Assembly: GCA_964016885.1 (NCBI GenBank) | Contig: CAXHJY010001152.1 | Span: 1 to 64,000 of the forward strand | DNA: 64,000 nucleotides | Source: Eledone cirrhosa | Lineage: Eukaryota | Direction: 5' to 3' | Shown: piece by piece, positions 44,901 through 59,100 of the stretch | Layout of the letters: every line of letters starts with the position of its first letter | How positions within the stretch are numbered: the first letter of the stretch is position 1 | Program-made: the position numbers and the translations under genes | The notes under the pieces: model-generated | What the model was told of the DNA's origin: nothing | Databases searched by the model: none | What the model saw: only the letters and a program-made list of their open reading frames with translations

Positions 44901-47900
44901 ATGCGGTTTATAGCCATTTTAGGGACATTTAAGACATTTATGATGCCGTTTTACCCATTTTAGAGTCATTTTAGTCATTTATGATGCCGTTTTAGACATT
45001 TTAGAGTCATTTTAGCCATTTTAGAGTAATTCTAGTCATTTATGATGCTGTTTATAGCCATTTTAGGGTCAGATATGACATTTATGATGCCGTTTTACCC
45101 ATTTTAGAGTCATTTTAGTCATTTATGATGCCGTTTTAGTCATTTTAGAGACATTTTAGCCATTTTAGAGTAATTCTAGTCATTATGACGCTGTTTATAG
45201 CCATTTTATGGTTAAATTAGTGATTTATGATGCCGTTTCAGCCATTTTAGAGTCATTTTAGTCCTTTATAATGCTTTTTGTACTCATTTTATGCATTTAT
45301 GTTGCCGTTTTAGTCATTTTAGTGTCAATTTAGTGATTTATGATGCCGTTTTAGCCATTTTAGTGTCATTTTAGTCATTTATGATGCTGTTTTAGACATT
45401 TTAGAGTCATTTTAGCCATTTTAGAGTAATTCTAGTCATTTATGATGCTGTTTATAGCCATTTTAGGGTCATTTAAGACATTTGTTATGCCGTTTTACCC
45501 ATTTTAGAGTCATTTTAGTCATTTATGATGCCGTTTTAAACATTTTAGAGTCATTTTAGTCCTTTATAATGCTTTGTGTAGTCATTTTATGCATTTATGT
45601 TGCTGTTTTAGCCATTTTAGTGTCATTTTAATCATTTATGATGCTGTTTTAGCCATTTTAGTGTCAATTTAATGATTTATGATGCCGTTTAAGCCATTTT
45701 AGTGTCATTTTAGTCATTTATGATGCTGTTTTAGACATTTTAGAGTCATTTTAGCCATTTTAGAGTAATTCTAGTCATTTATGATGCTGTTTATAGCCAT
45801 TTCAGGGTCATTTAAGACATTTGTTATGCCGTTTTACCCATTTTAGAGTCATTTTAGTCATTTATGATGCCGTTTTAGACATTTTAGAGTCATTTTAGCC
45901 ATTTTAGAGTAATTCTAGTCATTATGACGCCGTTTATAGCCATTTTATGGTTAAATTAGTGGTTTATGATGCCGTTTTAGCCATTTTAGAGTCATTTTAG
46001 TCCTTTATAATGCTTTTTGTACTCATTTTATGCATTTATGTTGCAGTTTTAGCCATTTTAGTGTCATTTTAATCATTTATGATGCTGTTTTAGACATTTT
46101 AGAGTCATTTTAGCCATTTTAGAGTAATTCTAGTCATTTATGATGCGGTTTATAGCCATTTTAGGGACATTTAAGACATTTATGATGCCGTTTTACCCAT
46201 TTTAGAGTCATTTTAGTCATTTATGATGCCGTTTTAGTCATTTTAGAGACATTTTAGCCATTTTAGAGTAATTCTAGTCATTATGACGCTGTTTATAGCC
46301 ATTTTATGGTTAAATTAGTGATTTATGATGCCGTTTTAGCCATTTTAGAGTCATTTTAGTCCTTTATAATGCTTTTTGTACTCATTTTATGCATTTATGT
46401 TGCCGTTTTAGCCATTTTAGTGTCAATTTAGTGATTTATGATGCCGTTTTAGCCATTTTAGTGTCATTTTAGTCATTTATGATGCTGTTTTAGACATTTT
46501 AGAGTCATTTTAGCCATTTTAGAGTAATTCTAGTCATTTATGATGCTGTTTATAGCCATTTTAGGGTCATTTAAGACATTTGTTATGCCGTTTTACCCAT
46601 TTTAGAGTCATTTTAGTCATTTATGATGCCGTTTTAGACATTTTAGAGTCATTTTAGTCCTTTATAATGCTTTTTGTAGTCATTTTATGCATTTATGTTG
46701 CCGTTTTAGCCATTTTAATCATTTATGTTGCTGTTTTAGCCATTTTAGTGTCAATTTAGTGATTTATGATGCCGTTTTAGCCATTTTAGTGTCATTTTAG
46801 TCATTATGATGCTGTTTTAGACATTTTAGAGTCATTTTAGCCATTTTAGAGTAATTCTAGTCATTTATGATGCTGTTTATAGCCATTTTAGGGTCATTTA
46901 AGACGTTTGTGATGCCGTTTTACCCATTTTAGAGTCATTTTAGTCATTTATGATGCCGTTTTAGACATTTTGGAATCATTTTAGTCCTTTATAATGCTTT
47001 TTATAGTCATTTTATGCATTTATGTTGCTGTTTTAGCCATTTTAGTGTCATATTAATCATTTATGATGCTGTTTTAGCCATTTTAGTGTCAAATTAGTGA
47101 TTTATGATGCCATTTTAGCCATTTTAGTGTCATTTTATTCATTTATGTTGCTGTTTTAGACATTTTAGAGTCATTTTAGCCATATTAGAGTAATTCTAGT
47201 CATTTATGATGCTGTTTATAGCCATTTTAGGGTCAGTTAAGACATTTGTTATGCCGTTTTACCCATTTTAGAGTCATTTTAGTCATTTATGATGCCGTTT
47301 TAGACATTTTAGAGTCATTTTAGTCCTTTATAATGCTTTTTGTAGTCATTTTATGCATTTATGTTGCCGTTTTAGCCATTTTAGTGTCATTTTAATCCTT
47401 TATGATGCTGTTTTAGCCATTTTAGTGTCAATTTAGTGATTTATGATGCCGTTTTAGCCATTTTAGTCATTTATGATGCCGTTTTAGACATTTTAGAGTC
47501 CTTTTAGCCATTTTAGAGTAATTCTAGTCATTTATGATGCTGTTTATAGCCATTTTAGGGTCATTTAAGACATTTGTGATGCCGTTTTACCCATTTTAGA
47601 GTCATTTTAGTCATTTATGATGCCGTTTTAGACATTTTAGAGTCATTTTAGCCATTTTAGAGTAATTCTAGTCATTATGACGCTGTTTATAGCCATTTTA
47701 TGGTTAAATTAGTGATTTATGATGCCGTTTTAGCCATTTTAGTGTCATTTTAATCATTTATGATGCTGTTTTAGCCATTTTAGTGTCAATTTAGTGATTT
47801 ATGATGCCGTTTTAGCCATTTTAGTGTCATTTTAGTCATTTATGATGCTGTTTTAGACATTTTAGAGTCATTTTAGCCATTTTAGAGTAATTCTAGTCAT

Positions 47901-50900
47901 TTATGATGCTGTTTATAGCCATTTCAGGGTCATTTAAGACATTTGTTATGCCGCTTTAACCCATTTTAGAGTCATTTTAGTCATTTATGATGCCGTTTTA
48001 GACATTTTAGAGTCATTTTAGCCATTTTAGAGTAATTCTAATCATTATGACGCTGTTTATAGCCATTTTATGGTTAAATTAGTGGTTTATGATGCCGTTT
48101 TAGCCATTTTAGTGTCATTTTAGTCCTTTATAATGCTTTTTGTACTCATTTTATGCATTTATGTTGCCGTTTTAGCCATTTTAGTGTCAATTTAGTGATT
48201 TATGATGCCGTTTTAGCCATTTTAGTGTCATTTTAGTCATTTATGATGCTGTTTTAGACATTTTAGAGTCATTTTAGCCATTTTAGAGTAATTCTAGTCA
48301 TTTATGATGCTGTTTATAGTCATTTTAGGGTCATTTAAGACATTTGTTATGCCGTTTTACCCATTTTAGAGTCATTTTAGTCATTTATGATGCCGTTTTA
48401 GCCATTTTAGAGTCATTTTAGTCCTTTATAATGCTTTTTGTAGTCATTTTATGCATTTATGTTGCAGTTTTAGCCAATTTAGTGTCATTTTAATCATTTA
48501 TGATGCTGTTTTAGCCATTTTAGTGTCAATTTAGTGATTTATGATGCCGTTTTAGCCATTTTAGTGTCATGTTAGTCATTTATGATGCTGTTTTAGACAT
48601 TTTAGAGACATTTTAGCCATTTTAGAGTAATTCTAGTCATTTATGATGCTGTTTATAGCCATTTTAGGGTCATTTAAGACGTTTGTGATGCCGTTTTACC
48701 CATTTTAGAGTCATTTTAGTCATTTATGATGCCGTTTTAGACATTTTAGAGTCATTTTAGTCCTTTATAATGCTTTTTGTAGTCATTTTATGCATTTATG
48801 TGGCCGTTTTAGCCATTTTAGTGTCATTTTAATCCTTTATGATGCTGTTTTAGCCATTTTAGTGTCAATTTAGTGATTTATGATGCCGTTTTAGCCATTT
48901 TAGTCATTTATGATGCCGTTTTAGACATTTTAGAGTCCTTTTAGCCATTTTAGAGTAATTCTAGTCATTTATGATGCTGTTTATAGCCATTTTAGGGTCA
49001 TTTAAGACGTTTGTGATGCCGTTTTACCCATTTTAGAGTCATTTTAGTCATTTATGATGCCGTTTTAGACATTTTAGAGTCATTTTAGTCCTTTATAATG
49101 CTTTTTGTAGTCATTTTATGCATTTATGTTGCCGTTTTTAGCCATTTTAGTCTCATTTTAATCCTTTATGATGCTGTTTTAGCCATTTTAGTGTCAATTT
49201 AGTGATTTATGATGCCGTTTTAGCCATTTTAGTCATTTATGATGCCGTTTTAGACATTTTAGAGTCCTTTTAGCCATTTTAGAGTAATTCTAGCCATTTA
49301 TGATGCTGTTTATAGCCATTTTAGGGTCATTTAAGACATTTGTGATGCCGTTTTACCCATTTTAGAGTCATTTTAGTCATTTATGATGCTGTTTTAGACA
49401 TTTTAGAGTCATTTTAACCATTTTAGAGTAATTCTAGTCATTATGACGCTGTTTATAGCCATTTTATGGTTAAATTAGTGATTTATGATGCCGTTTTAGC
49501 CATTTTAGAGTCATTTTAGTCCTTTATAATGCTTTTTGTAGTCATTTTACGCATTTATGTTGCTGTTTTAGCCATTTTAGTGTCATTTTAATCATTTATG
49601 ATGCTGTTTTAGCCATTTTAGTGTCAATTTAGTGATTTATGATGCCGTTTTAGCCATTTTAGTGTCATTTTAGTCATTTATGATGCTGTTTTAGACATTT
49701 TAGAGTCATTTTAGCCATTTTAGAGTAATTCTAGTCATTTATGATGCTGTTTATAGCCATTTCAGGGTCATTTAAGACATTTGTTATGCCGCTTTACCCA
49801 TTTTAGAGTCATTTTAGTCATTTATGATGCCGTTTTAGACATTTTAGAGTCATTTTAGCCATTTTAGAGTAATTCTAATCATTATGACGCTGTTTATAGC
49901 CATTTTATGGTTAAATTAGTGGTTTATGATGCCGTTTTAGCCATTTTAGAGTCATTTTAGTCCTTTATAATGCTTTTTGTACTCATTTTATGCATTTATG
50001 TTGCAGTTTTAGCCATTTTAGTGTCATTTTAATCATTTATGATGCTGTTTTAGACATTTTAGAGTCATTTTAGCCATTTTAGAGTAATTCTAGTCATTTA
50101 TGATGCTGTTTATAGCCATTTTAGGGTCAGTTAAGACATTTATGATGCCGTTTTACCCATTTTAGAGTCATTTTAGTCATTTATGATGCCGTTTTAGTCA
50201 TTTTAGAGACATTTTAGCCATTTTAGAGTAATTCTAGTCATTATGACGCTGTTTATAGCCATTTTATGGTTAAATTAGTGATTTATGATGCCGTTTTAGC
50301 CATTTTAGTGTCATTTTAGTCCTTTATAATGCTTTTTGTACTCATTTTATGCATTTATGTTGCCGTTTTAGCCATTTTAGTGTCAATTTAGTGATTTATG
50401 ATGCCGTTTTAGCCATTTTAGTGTCATTTTAGTCATTTATGATGCTGTTTTAGACATTTTAGAGTCATTTTAGCCATTTTAGAGTAATTCTAGTCATTTA
50501 TGATGCTGTTTATAGTCATTTTAGGGTCATTTAAGACATTTGTTATGCCGTTTTACCCATTTTAGAGTCATTTTAGTCATTTATGATGCCGTTTTAGACA
50601 TTTTAGAGTCATTTTAGTCCTTTATAATGCTTTTTGTAGTCATTTTATGCATTTATGTTGCCGTTTTAGCCATTTTAATCATTTATGTTGCTGTTTTAGC
50701 CATTTTAGTGTCAATTTAGTGATTTATGATGCCGTTTTAGCCATTTTAGTGTCATTTTAGTCATTTATGATGCTGTTTTTGACATTTTAGAGTCATTTTA
50801 GCCATTTTAGAGTAATTCTAGTCATTTATGATGCTGTTTGTAGCCATTTTAGGGTCATTTAAGACGTTTGTGATGCCGTTTTACCCATTTTAGAGTCATT

Positions 50901-53900
50901 TTAGTCATTTATGATGCCGTTTTAGACATTTTGGAGTCATTTTAGTCCTTTATAATGCTTTTTATAGTCATTTTATGTATTTATGTTGCTGTTTTAGCCG
51001 TTTTAGTGTCATATTAATCATTTATGATGCTGTTTTAGCCATTTTAGTGTCAAATTAGTGATTTATGATGCCATTTTAGCCATTTTAGTGTCATTTTAGT
51101 CATTTATGTTGCTGTTTTAGACATTTTAGAGTCCTTTTAGCCATTTTAGAGTAATTCTAGTCATTTATGATGCTGTTTATAGCCATTTTAGGGTCAGTTA
51201 AGACATTTGTTATGCCGTTTTACCCATTTTAGAGTCATTTTAGTCATTTATGATGCCGTTTTAGACATTTTAGAGTTATTTTAGTCCTTTATAATGCTTT
51301 TTGTAGTCATTTTATGCATTTATGTTGCCGTTTTAGCCATTTTAGTGTCATTTTAATCCTTTATGATGCTGTTTTAGCCATTTTAGTGTCAATTTAGTGA
51401 TTTATGATGCCGTTTTAGCCATTTTAGTCATTTATGATGCCGTTTTAGAGTCCTTTTAGCCATTTTAGAGTAATTCTAGTCATTTATGATGCTGTTTATA
51501 GCCATTTTAGGGTCATTTAAGACATTTGTGATGCCGTTTTACACATTTTAGAGTCATTTTAGTCATTTATGATGCCGTTTTAGACATTTTAGAGTCATTT
51601 TAGCCATTTTAGAGTAATTCTAGTCATTATGACGCTGTTTATAGCCATTTTATGGTTAAATTAGTGATTTATGATGCCGTTTTAGCCATTTTAGAGTCAT
51701 TTTAGTCCTTTATAATGCTTTTTGTAGTCATTTTATGCATTTATGTTGCAGTTTTAGCCATTTTAGTGTCATTTTAATCATTTATGATGCTGTTTTAGCC
51801 ATTTTAGTGTCAATTTAGTGATTTATGATGCCGTTTTAGCCATTTTAGTGTCATGTTAGTCATTTATGATGCTGTTTTAGACATTTTAGAGACATTTTAG
51901 AGTAATTCTAGTCATTTATTATGCTGTTTATATCCATTTTAGGGTCATTTAAGACGTTTGTGATGCCGTTTTACCCATTTTAGAGTCATTTTAGTCATTT
52001 ATGATGCCGTTTTAGACATTTTAGAGTCATTTTAGTCCTTTACAATGCTTTTTATAGTCATTTTATGCATTTATGTTGCTGTTTTAGCCATTTTAGTGTC
52101 ATATTAATCATTTATGATGCTGTTTTAGCCATTTTAGTGTCAATTTAGTGATTTATGATGCCATTTTAGCCATTTTAGTGTCATTTTAGTCATTTATGTT
52201 GCTGTTTTAGACATTTTAGAGTCATTTTAGCCATTTTAGAGTAATTCTAGTCATTTATGTTGCTGTTTATAGCCATTTTAGGGTCAGTTAAGACGTTTGT
52301 TATGCCGTTTTACCCATTTTAGAGTCATTTTAGTCATTTATGATGCCGTTTTAGACATTTTAGAGTCATTTTAGTCCTTTATAATGCTTTTTGTAGTCAT
52401 TTTATGCATTTATGTTGCTGTTTTAGCCATTTTAGTGTCATTTTAATCATTTATGATGCTGTTTTAGCCATTTTAGTGTCAATTTAGTGATTTATGATGC
52501 CGTTTTAGCCATTTTAGTGTCATTTTAGTCATTTATGATGCTGTTTTAGACATTTTAGAGTCATTTTAGCCATTTTAGAGTAATTCTAGTCATTTATGAT
52601 GCTGTTTATAGCCATTTCAGGGTCATTTAAGACATTTGTTATGCCGTTTTACCCATTTTAGAGTCATTTTAGTCATTTATGATGCCGTTTTAGACATTTT
52701 AGAGTCATTTTAGCCATTTTAGAGTAATTCTAGTCATTATGACGCTGTTTATAGCCATTTTATGGTTAAATTAGTGGTTTATGATGCCGTTTTAGCCATT
52801 TTAGAGTCATTTTAGTCCTTTATAATGCTTTTTGTACTCATTTTATGCATTTATGTTGCAGTTTTAGCCATTTTAGTGTCATTTTAATCATTTATGATGC
52901 TGTTTTAGACATTTTAGAATCATTTTAGCCATTTTAGAGTAATTCTAGTCATTTATGATGCGGTTTATAGCCATTTTAGGGACATTTAAGACATTTATGA
53001 TGCCGTTTTACCCATTTTAGAGTCATTTTAGTCATTTATGATGCCGTTTTACCCATTTTAGAGTCATTTTAGTCATTTTAGAGTAATTCTAGTCATTATG
53101 ACGCTGTTTATAGCCATTTTATGGTTAAATTAGTGATTTATGATGCCGTTTTAGCCATTTTAGAGTCATTTTAGTCCTTTATAATGCTTTTTGTACTCAT
53201 TTTATGCATTTATGTTGCCGTTTTATCCATTTTAGTGTCAATTTAGTGATTTATGATGCCGTTTTAGCCATTTTAGTGTCATTTTAGTCATTTATGATGC
53301 TGTTTTAGACATTTTAGAGTCATTTTAGCCATTTTAGAGTAATTCTAGTCATTTATGATGCTGTTTATAGCCATTTTAGGGTCATTTAAGACATTTGTTA
53401 TGCCGTTTTACCCATTTTAGAGTCATTTTAGTCATTTATGATGCCGTTTTAGACATTTTAGAGTCATTTTAGTCCTTTATAATGCTTTTTGTAGTCATTT
53501 TATGCATTTATGTTGCCGTTTTAGCCATTTTAATCATTTATGTTGCTGTTTTAGCCATTTTAGTGTCAATTTAGTGATTTATGATGCCGTTTTAGCCATT
53601 TTAGTGTCATTTTAGTCATTTATGATGCTGTTTTAGACATTTTAGAGTCATTTTAGCCATTCTAGAGTAATTCTAGTCATTTATGATGCTGTTTATAGCC
53701 ATTTTAGGGTTAGTTAAGACATTTGTTATGCCCTTTTACCCATTTTAGAGTCATTTTAGTCATTTATGATGCCGTTTTAGACATTTTAGAGTCATTTTAG
53801 TCCTTTATAATGCTTTTTGTAGTCATTTTATGCATTTATGTTGCCGTTTTAGCCATTTTAGTGTCATTTTAATCCTTTATGATGCTGTTTTAGCCATTTT

Positions 53901-56117
53901 AGTGTCAATTTAGTGATTTATGATGCCGTTTTAGCCATTTTAGTCATTTATGATGCCGTTTTAGACATTTTAGAGTCCTTTTAGCCATTTTAGAGTAATT
54001 CTAGTCATTTATGATGCTGTTTATAGCCATTTTAGGGTCATTTAAGACGTTTGTGATGCCGTTTTACCCATTTTAGAGTCATTTTAGTCATTTATGATGC
54101 CGTTTTAGACATTTTAGAGTCATTTTAGTCCTTTATAATGCTTTTTGTAGTCATTTTATGCATTTATGTTGCTGTTTTAGCCATTTTAGTGTCATTTTAA
54201 TCATTTATGATGCTGTTTTAGCCATTTTAGTGTCAATTTAGTGATTTATGATGCCGTTTTAGCCATTTTAGTGTCATTTTAGTCATTTATGATGCTGTTT
54301 TAGACATTTTAGAGTCATTTTAGCCATTTTAGAGTAATTCTAGTCATTTATGATGCTGTTTATAGCCATTTTATGGTTAAATTAGTGGTTTATGATGCCG
54401 TTTTAGCCATTTTAGAGTCATTTTAGTCCTTTATAATGCTTTTTGTACTCATTTTATGCATTTATGTTGCAGTTTTAGCCATTTTAGTGTCATTTTAATC
54501 ATTTATGATGCTGTTTTAGACATTTTAGAATCATTTTAGCCATTTTAGAGTAATTCTAGTCATTTATGATGCGGTTTATAGCCATTTTAGGGACATTTAA
54601 GACATTTATGATGCCGTTTTACCCATTTTAGAGTCATTTTAGTCATTTATGATGCCGTTTTACCCATTTTAGAGTCATTTTAGTCATTTTAGAGTAATTC
54701 TAGTCATTATGACGCTGTTTATAGCCATTTTATGGTTAAATTAGTGATTTATGATGCCGTTTTAGCCATTTTAGAGTCATTTTAGTCCTTTATAATGCTT
54801 TTTGTACTCATTTTATGCATTTATGTTGCCGTTTTAGCCATTTTAGTGTCAATTTAGTGATTTATGATACCGTTTTAGCCATTTTAGTGTCATTTTAGTC
54901 ATTTATGATGCTGTTTTAGACATTTTAGAGTCATTTTAGCCATTTTAGAGTAATTCTAGTCATTTATGATGCTGTTTATAGCCATTTTAGGGTCATTTAA
55001 GACATTTGTTATGCCGTTTTACCCATTTTAGAGTCATTTTAGTCATTTATGATGCCGTTTTAGACATTTTAGAGTCATTTTAGTCCTTTATAATGCTTTT
55101 TGTAGTCATTTTATGCATTTATGTTGCCGTTTTAGCCATTTTAATCATTTATGTTGCTGTTTTAGCCATTTTAGTGTCAATTTAGTGATTTATGATGCCG
55201 TTTTAGCCATTTTAGTGTCATTTTAGTCATTTATGATGCTGTTTTAGACATTTTAGAGTCATTTTAGCCATTCTAGAGTAATTCTAGTCATTTATGATGC
55301 TGTTTATAGCCATTTTAGGGTCAGTTAAGACATTTGTTATGCCCTTTTACCCATTTTAGAGTCATTTTAGTCATTTATGATGCCGTTTTAGACATTTTAG
55401 AGTCATTTTAGTCCTTTATAATGCTTTTTGTAGTCATTTTATGCATTTATGTGGCCGTTTTAGCCATTTTAGTGTCATTTTAATCCTTTATGATGCTGTT
55501 TTAGCCATTTTAGTGTCAATTTAGTGATTTATGATGCCGTTTTAGCCATTTTAGTCATTTATGATGCCGTTTTAGACATTTTAGAGTCCTTTTAGCCATT
55601 TTAGAGTAATTCTAGTCATTTATGATGCTGTTTATAGCCATTTTAGGGTCATTTAAGACGTTTGTGATGCCGTTTTACCCATTTTAGAGTCATTTTAGTC
55701 ATTTATGATGCCGTTTTAGACATTTTAGAGTCATTTTAGTCCTTTATAATGCTTTTTGTAGTCATTTTATGCATTTATGTTGCCGTTTTAGCCATTTTAG
55801 TCTCATTTTAATCCTTTATGATGCTGTTTTAGCCATTTTAGTGTCAATTTAGTGATTTATGATGCCGTTTTAGCCATTTTAGTCATTTATGATGCCGTTT
55901 TAGACATTTTAGAGTCCTTTTAGCCATTTTAGAGTAATTCTAGCCATTTATGATGCTGTTTATAGCCATTTTAGGGTCATTTAAGACATTTGTGATGCCG
56001 TTTTACCCATTTTAGAGTCATTTTAGTCATTTATGATGCTGTTTTAGACATTTTAGAGTCATTTTAACCATTTTAGAGTAATTCTAGTCATTATGACGCT
56101 GTTTATAGCCATTTTAT
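23950..56117 (+). repeat. Satellite array, T-rich orientation; ~41-bp monomer (atttatgatgccgttttagccattttagtgtcattttagtc) grouped in ~330-440 bp modules and kb-scale HORs
   Basis: Continuous homogeneous tandem repeat; diagnostic variants recur at fixed spacings; no ORF is listed for it in the supplied track. Confidence 0.97.
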
Positions 56118-59100
56118 CACTAAAATGGCTAAAACAGCAACATAAATGATTGAAATGACACTAAAATGGCTAAAACTGCAACATAAATGCATAAAATGAC
56201 TACAAAAAGCATTATAAAGGACTAAAATGACTCTAAAATGTCTAAAACGGCATCATAGATGACTAAAATAACTCTAAAATGGGTAAAACGGCATAACAAA
56301 TGTCTTAACTGACCCTAAAATGGCTATAAACAGCATCATAAATGACTAGAATTACTCTAAAATGGCTAAAATGACTCTAAAATGTCTAAAACAGCATCAT
56401 AAATGACTAAAATGGCTAAAACGGCATCATAAATCACTAAATTGACACTAAAATGGCTAAAACAGCAACATAAATGATTAAAATGGCTAAAACGGCAACA
56501 TAAATGCATAAAATGACTACAAAAAGCATTATAAAGGACTAAAATGACTGTAAAATGTCTAAAACGGCATCATAAATGACTAAAATGACTCTAAAATGGG
56601 TAAAACGGCATAACAAATGTCTTAAATGACCCTAAAATGGCTATAAACAGCATCATAAATGACTAGAATTACTCTAAAATGGCTAAAACGGCATCATAAA
56701 TCACTAAATTGACACTAAAAAGGCTAAAACGGCAACATAAATGCATAAAATGACTACAAAAAGCATTATAAAAGACTAAAATGACTTTAAAATGGCTAAA
56801 ACGGCATCATAAATCACTAAGTTAACCATAAAATGGCTATAAACAGCGTAATAATGATTAGAATTACTCTAAAATGGCTAAAATGACTCTAAAATGTCTA
56901 AAACGGCATCATAAATGACTAAAATGACTCTAAAATGGGTTAGACGGCATCATAAATGTCTTAAATGACCCTAAAATGGCTATAAACCGCATCATAAATG
57001 ACTAGAATTACTCTAAAATGGCTAAAATGACTCTAAAATGTCTAAAACGGCATCATAAATGACTAAAATGACACTAAAATGGGTAGAACGGCATTACAAA
57101 TGTCTTAAATGACCCTAAAATGGCTATAAACCACATTATAAATGACTAGAACTACTGTAAAATGGCTAAAATGACTCTAAAATGTCTAAAACGGCATCAT
57201 AAATGACTAATATGACACTAAAATGGCTAAAACGGCATCATAAATCACTAAATTGACACTAAAATGGCTAAAACAGCATCATAAATGATTAAAATGACAC
57301 TAAAATGGCTAAAACAGCAACATAAATGCATAAAATGACTACAAAAAGCATTATAAAGGACTAAAATGACTCTAAAATGTCTAAAACGGCATCATAAATG
57401 ACTAAAATGACTCTAAAATGGGTAAAACGGCATAACAAATGTCTTAACTGACCCTAAAATGGCTATAAACAGCATCATAAATGACTAGAATTACTCTAAA
57501 ATGGCTAAAATGACTCTAAAATGTCTAAAACAGCATCATAAATGACTAAAATGACACTAAAATGGCTAAAACGGCATCATAAATCACTAAATTGACACTA
57601 AAATGGCTAAAACGGCAACATAAATGCATAAAATGACTACAAAAAGCATTATAAAGGACTAAAATGACTTTAAAATGGCTAAAACGGCATCATAAATCAC
57701 TAATTTAACCATAAAATGGCTATAAACAGCGTAATAATGACTAGAATTACTCTAAAATGGCTAAAATGACTCTAAAATGTCTAAAACGGCTTCATAAATG
57801 ACTAAAATGACTCTAAAATGGGTAAAACGGCATCATAAATGTCTTAAATGACCCTAAAATGGCTATAAACCGCATCATAAATGACTAGAATTACTCTAAA
57901 ATGGCTAAAATGACTCTAAAATGTCTAAAACAGCATCATAAATGACTAAAAGGACACTAAAATGGCTAAAACGGCATCATAAATCACTAAATTGACACTA
58001 AAATGGCTAAAACAGCATCATAAATGATTAAAATGACACTAAAATGGCTAAAACAGCAACATAAATGCATAAAATGACTACAAAAAGCATTATAAAGGAC
58101 TAAAATGACTCTAAAATGTCTAAAACGGCATCATAAATGACTAAAATGACTCTAAAATGGGTAAAACGGCATAACAAATGTCTTAAATGACCCTAAAATG
58201 GCTATAAACAGCATCATAAATGACTAGAATTACTCTAAAATGGCTAAAATGACTCTAAAATGTCTAAAACAGCATCATAAATGACTAACATGACACTAAT
58301 ATGGCTAAAACGGCATCATAAATCACTAAATTGACACTAAAATGGCTAAAACAGCATCATATATGATTAAAATGACACTAAAATGGCTAAAACAGCAACA
58401 TAAATGCATAAAATGTGTACAAAAAGCATTATAAAGGACTAAAATGACTCTAAAATGGCTCAAACGGCATCATAAATCACTAATTTAACCATAAAATGGC
58501 TATAAACAGCGTCATAATGACTAGAATTACTCTAAAATGGCTAAAATGACTCTAAAATGTCTAAAACGGCATCATAAATGACTAAAATGACTCTAAAATG
58601 GGTAAAACGGCATCACAAACGTCTTAAATGACCCTAAAATGGCTATAAACAGCATCATAAATGACTAGAATTACTCTAAAATGGCTAAAATGACTCTAAA
58701 ATGTCTAAAACGGCATCATAAATGACTAAAATGACACTAAAATGGCTAAAACGGCATCATAAATCACTAAATTGACACTAAAATGGCTAAAACAGCATCA
58801 TAAATGATTAAAATGACACTAAAATGGCTAAAACTGCAACATAAATGCATAAAATGACTACAAAAAGCATTATAAAGGACTAAAATGACTCTAAAATGTC
58901 TAAAACGGCATCATAGATGACTAAAATGTCTCTAAAATGTGTAAAACGGCATAACAAATGTCTTAACTGACCCTAAAATGGCTATAAACAGCATCATAAA
59001 TGACTAGAATTACTCTAAAATGGCTAAAATGACTCTAAAATGTCTAAAACAGCATCATAAATGACTAAAATGGCTAAAACGGCATCATAAATCACTAAAT

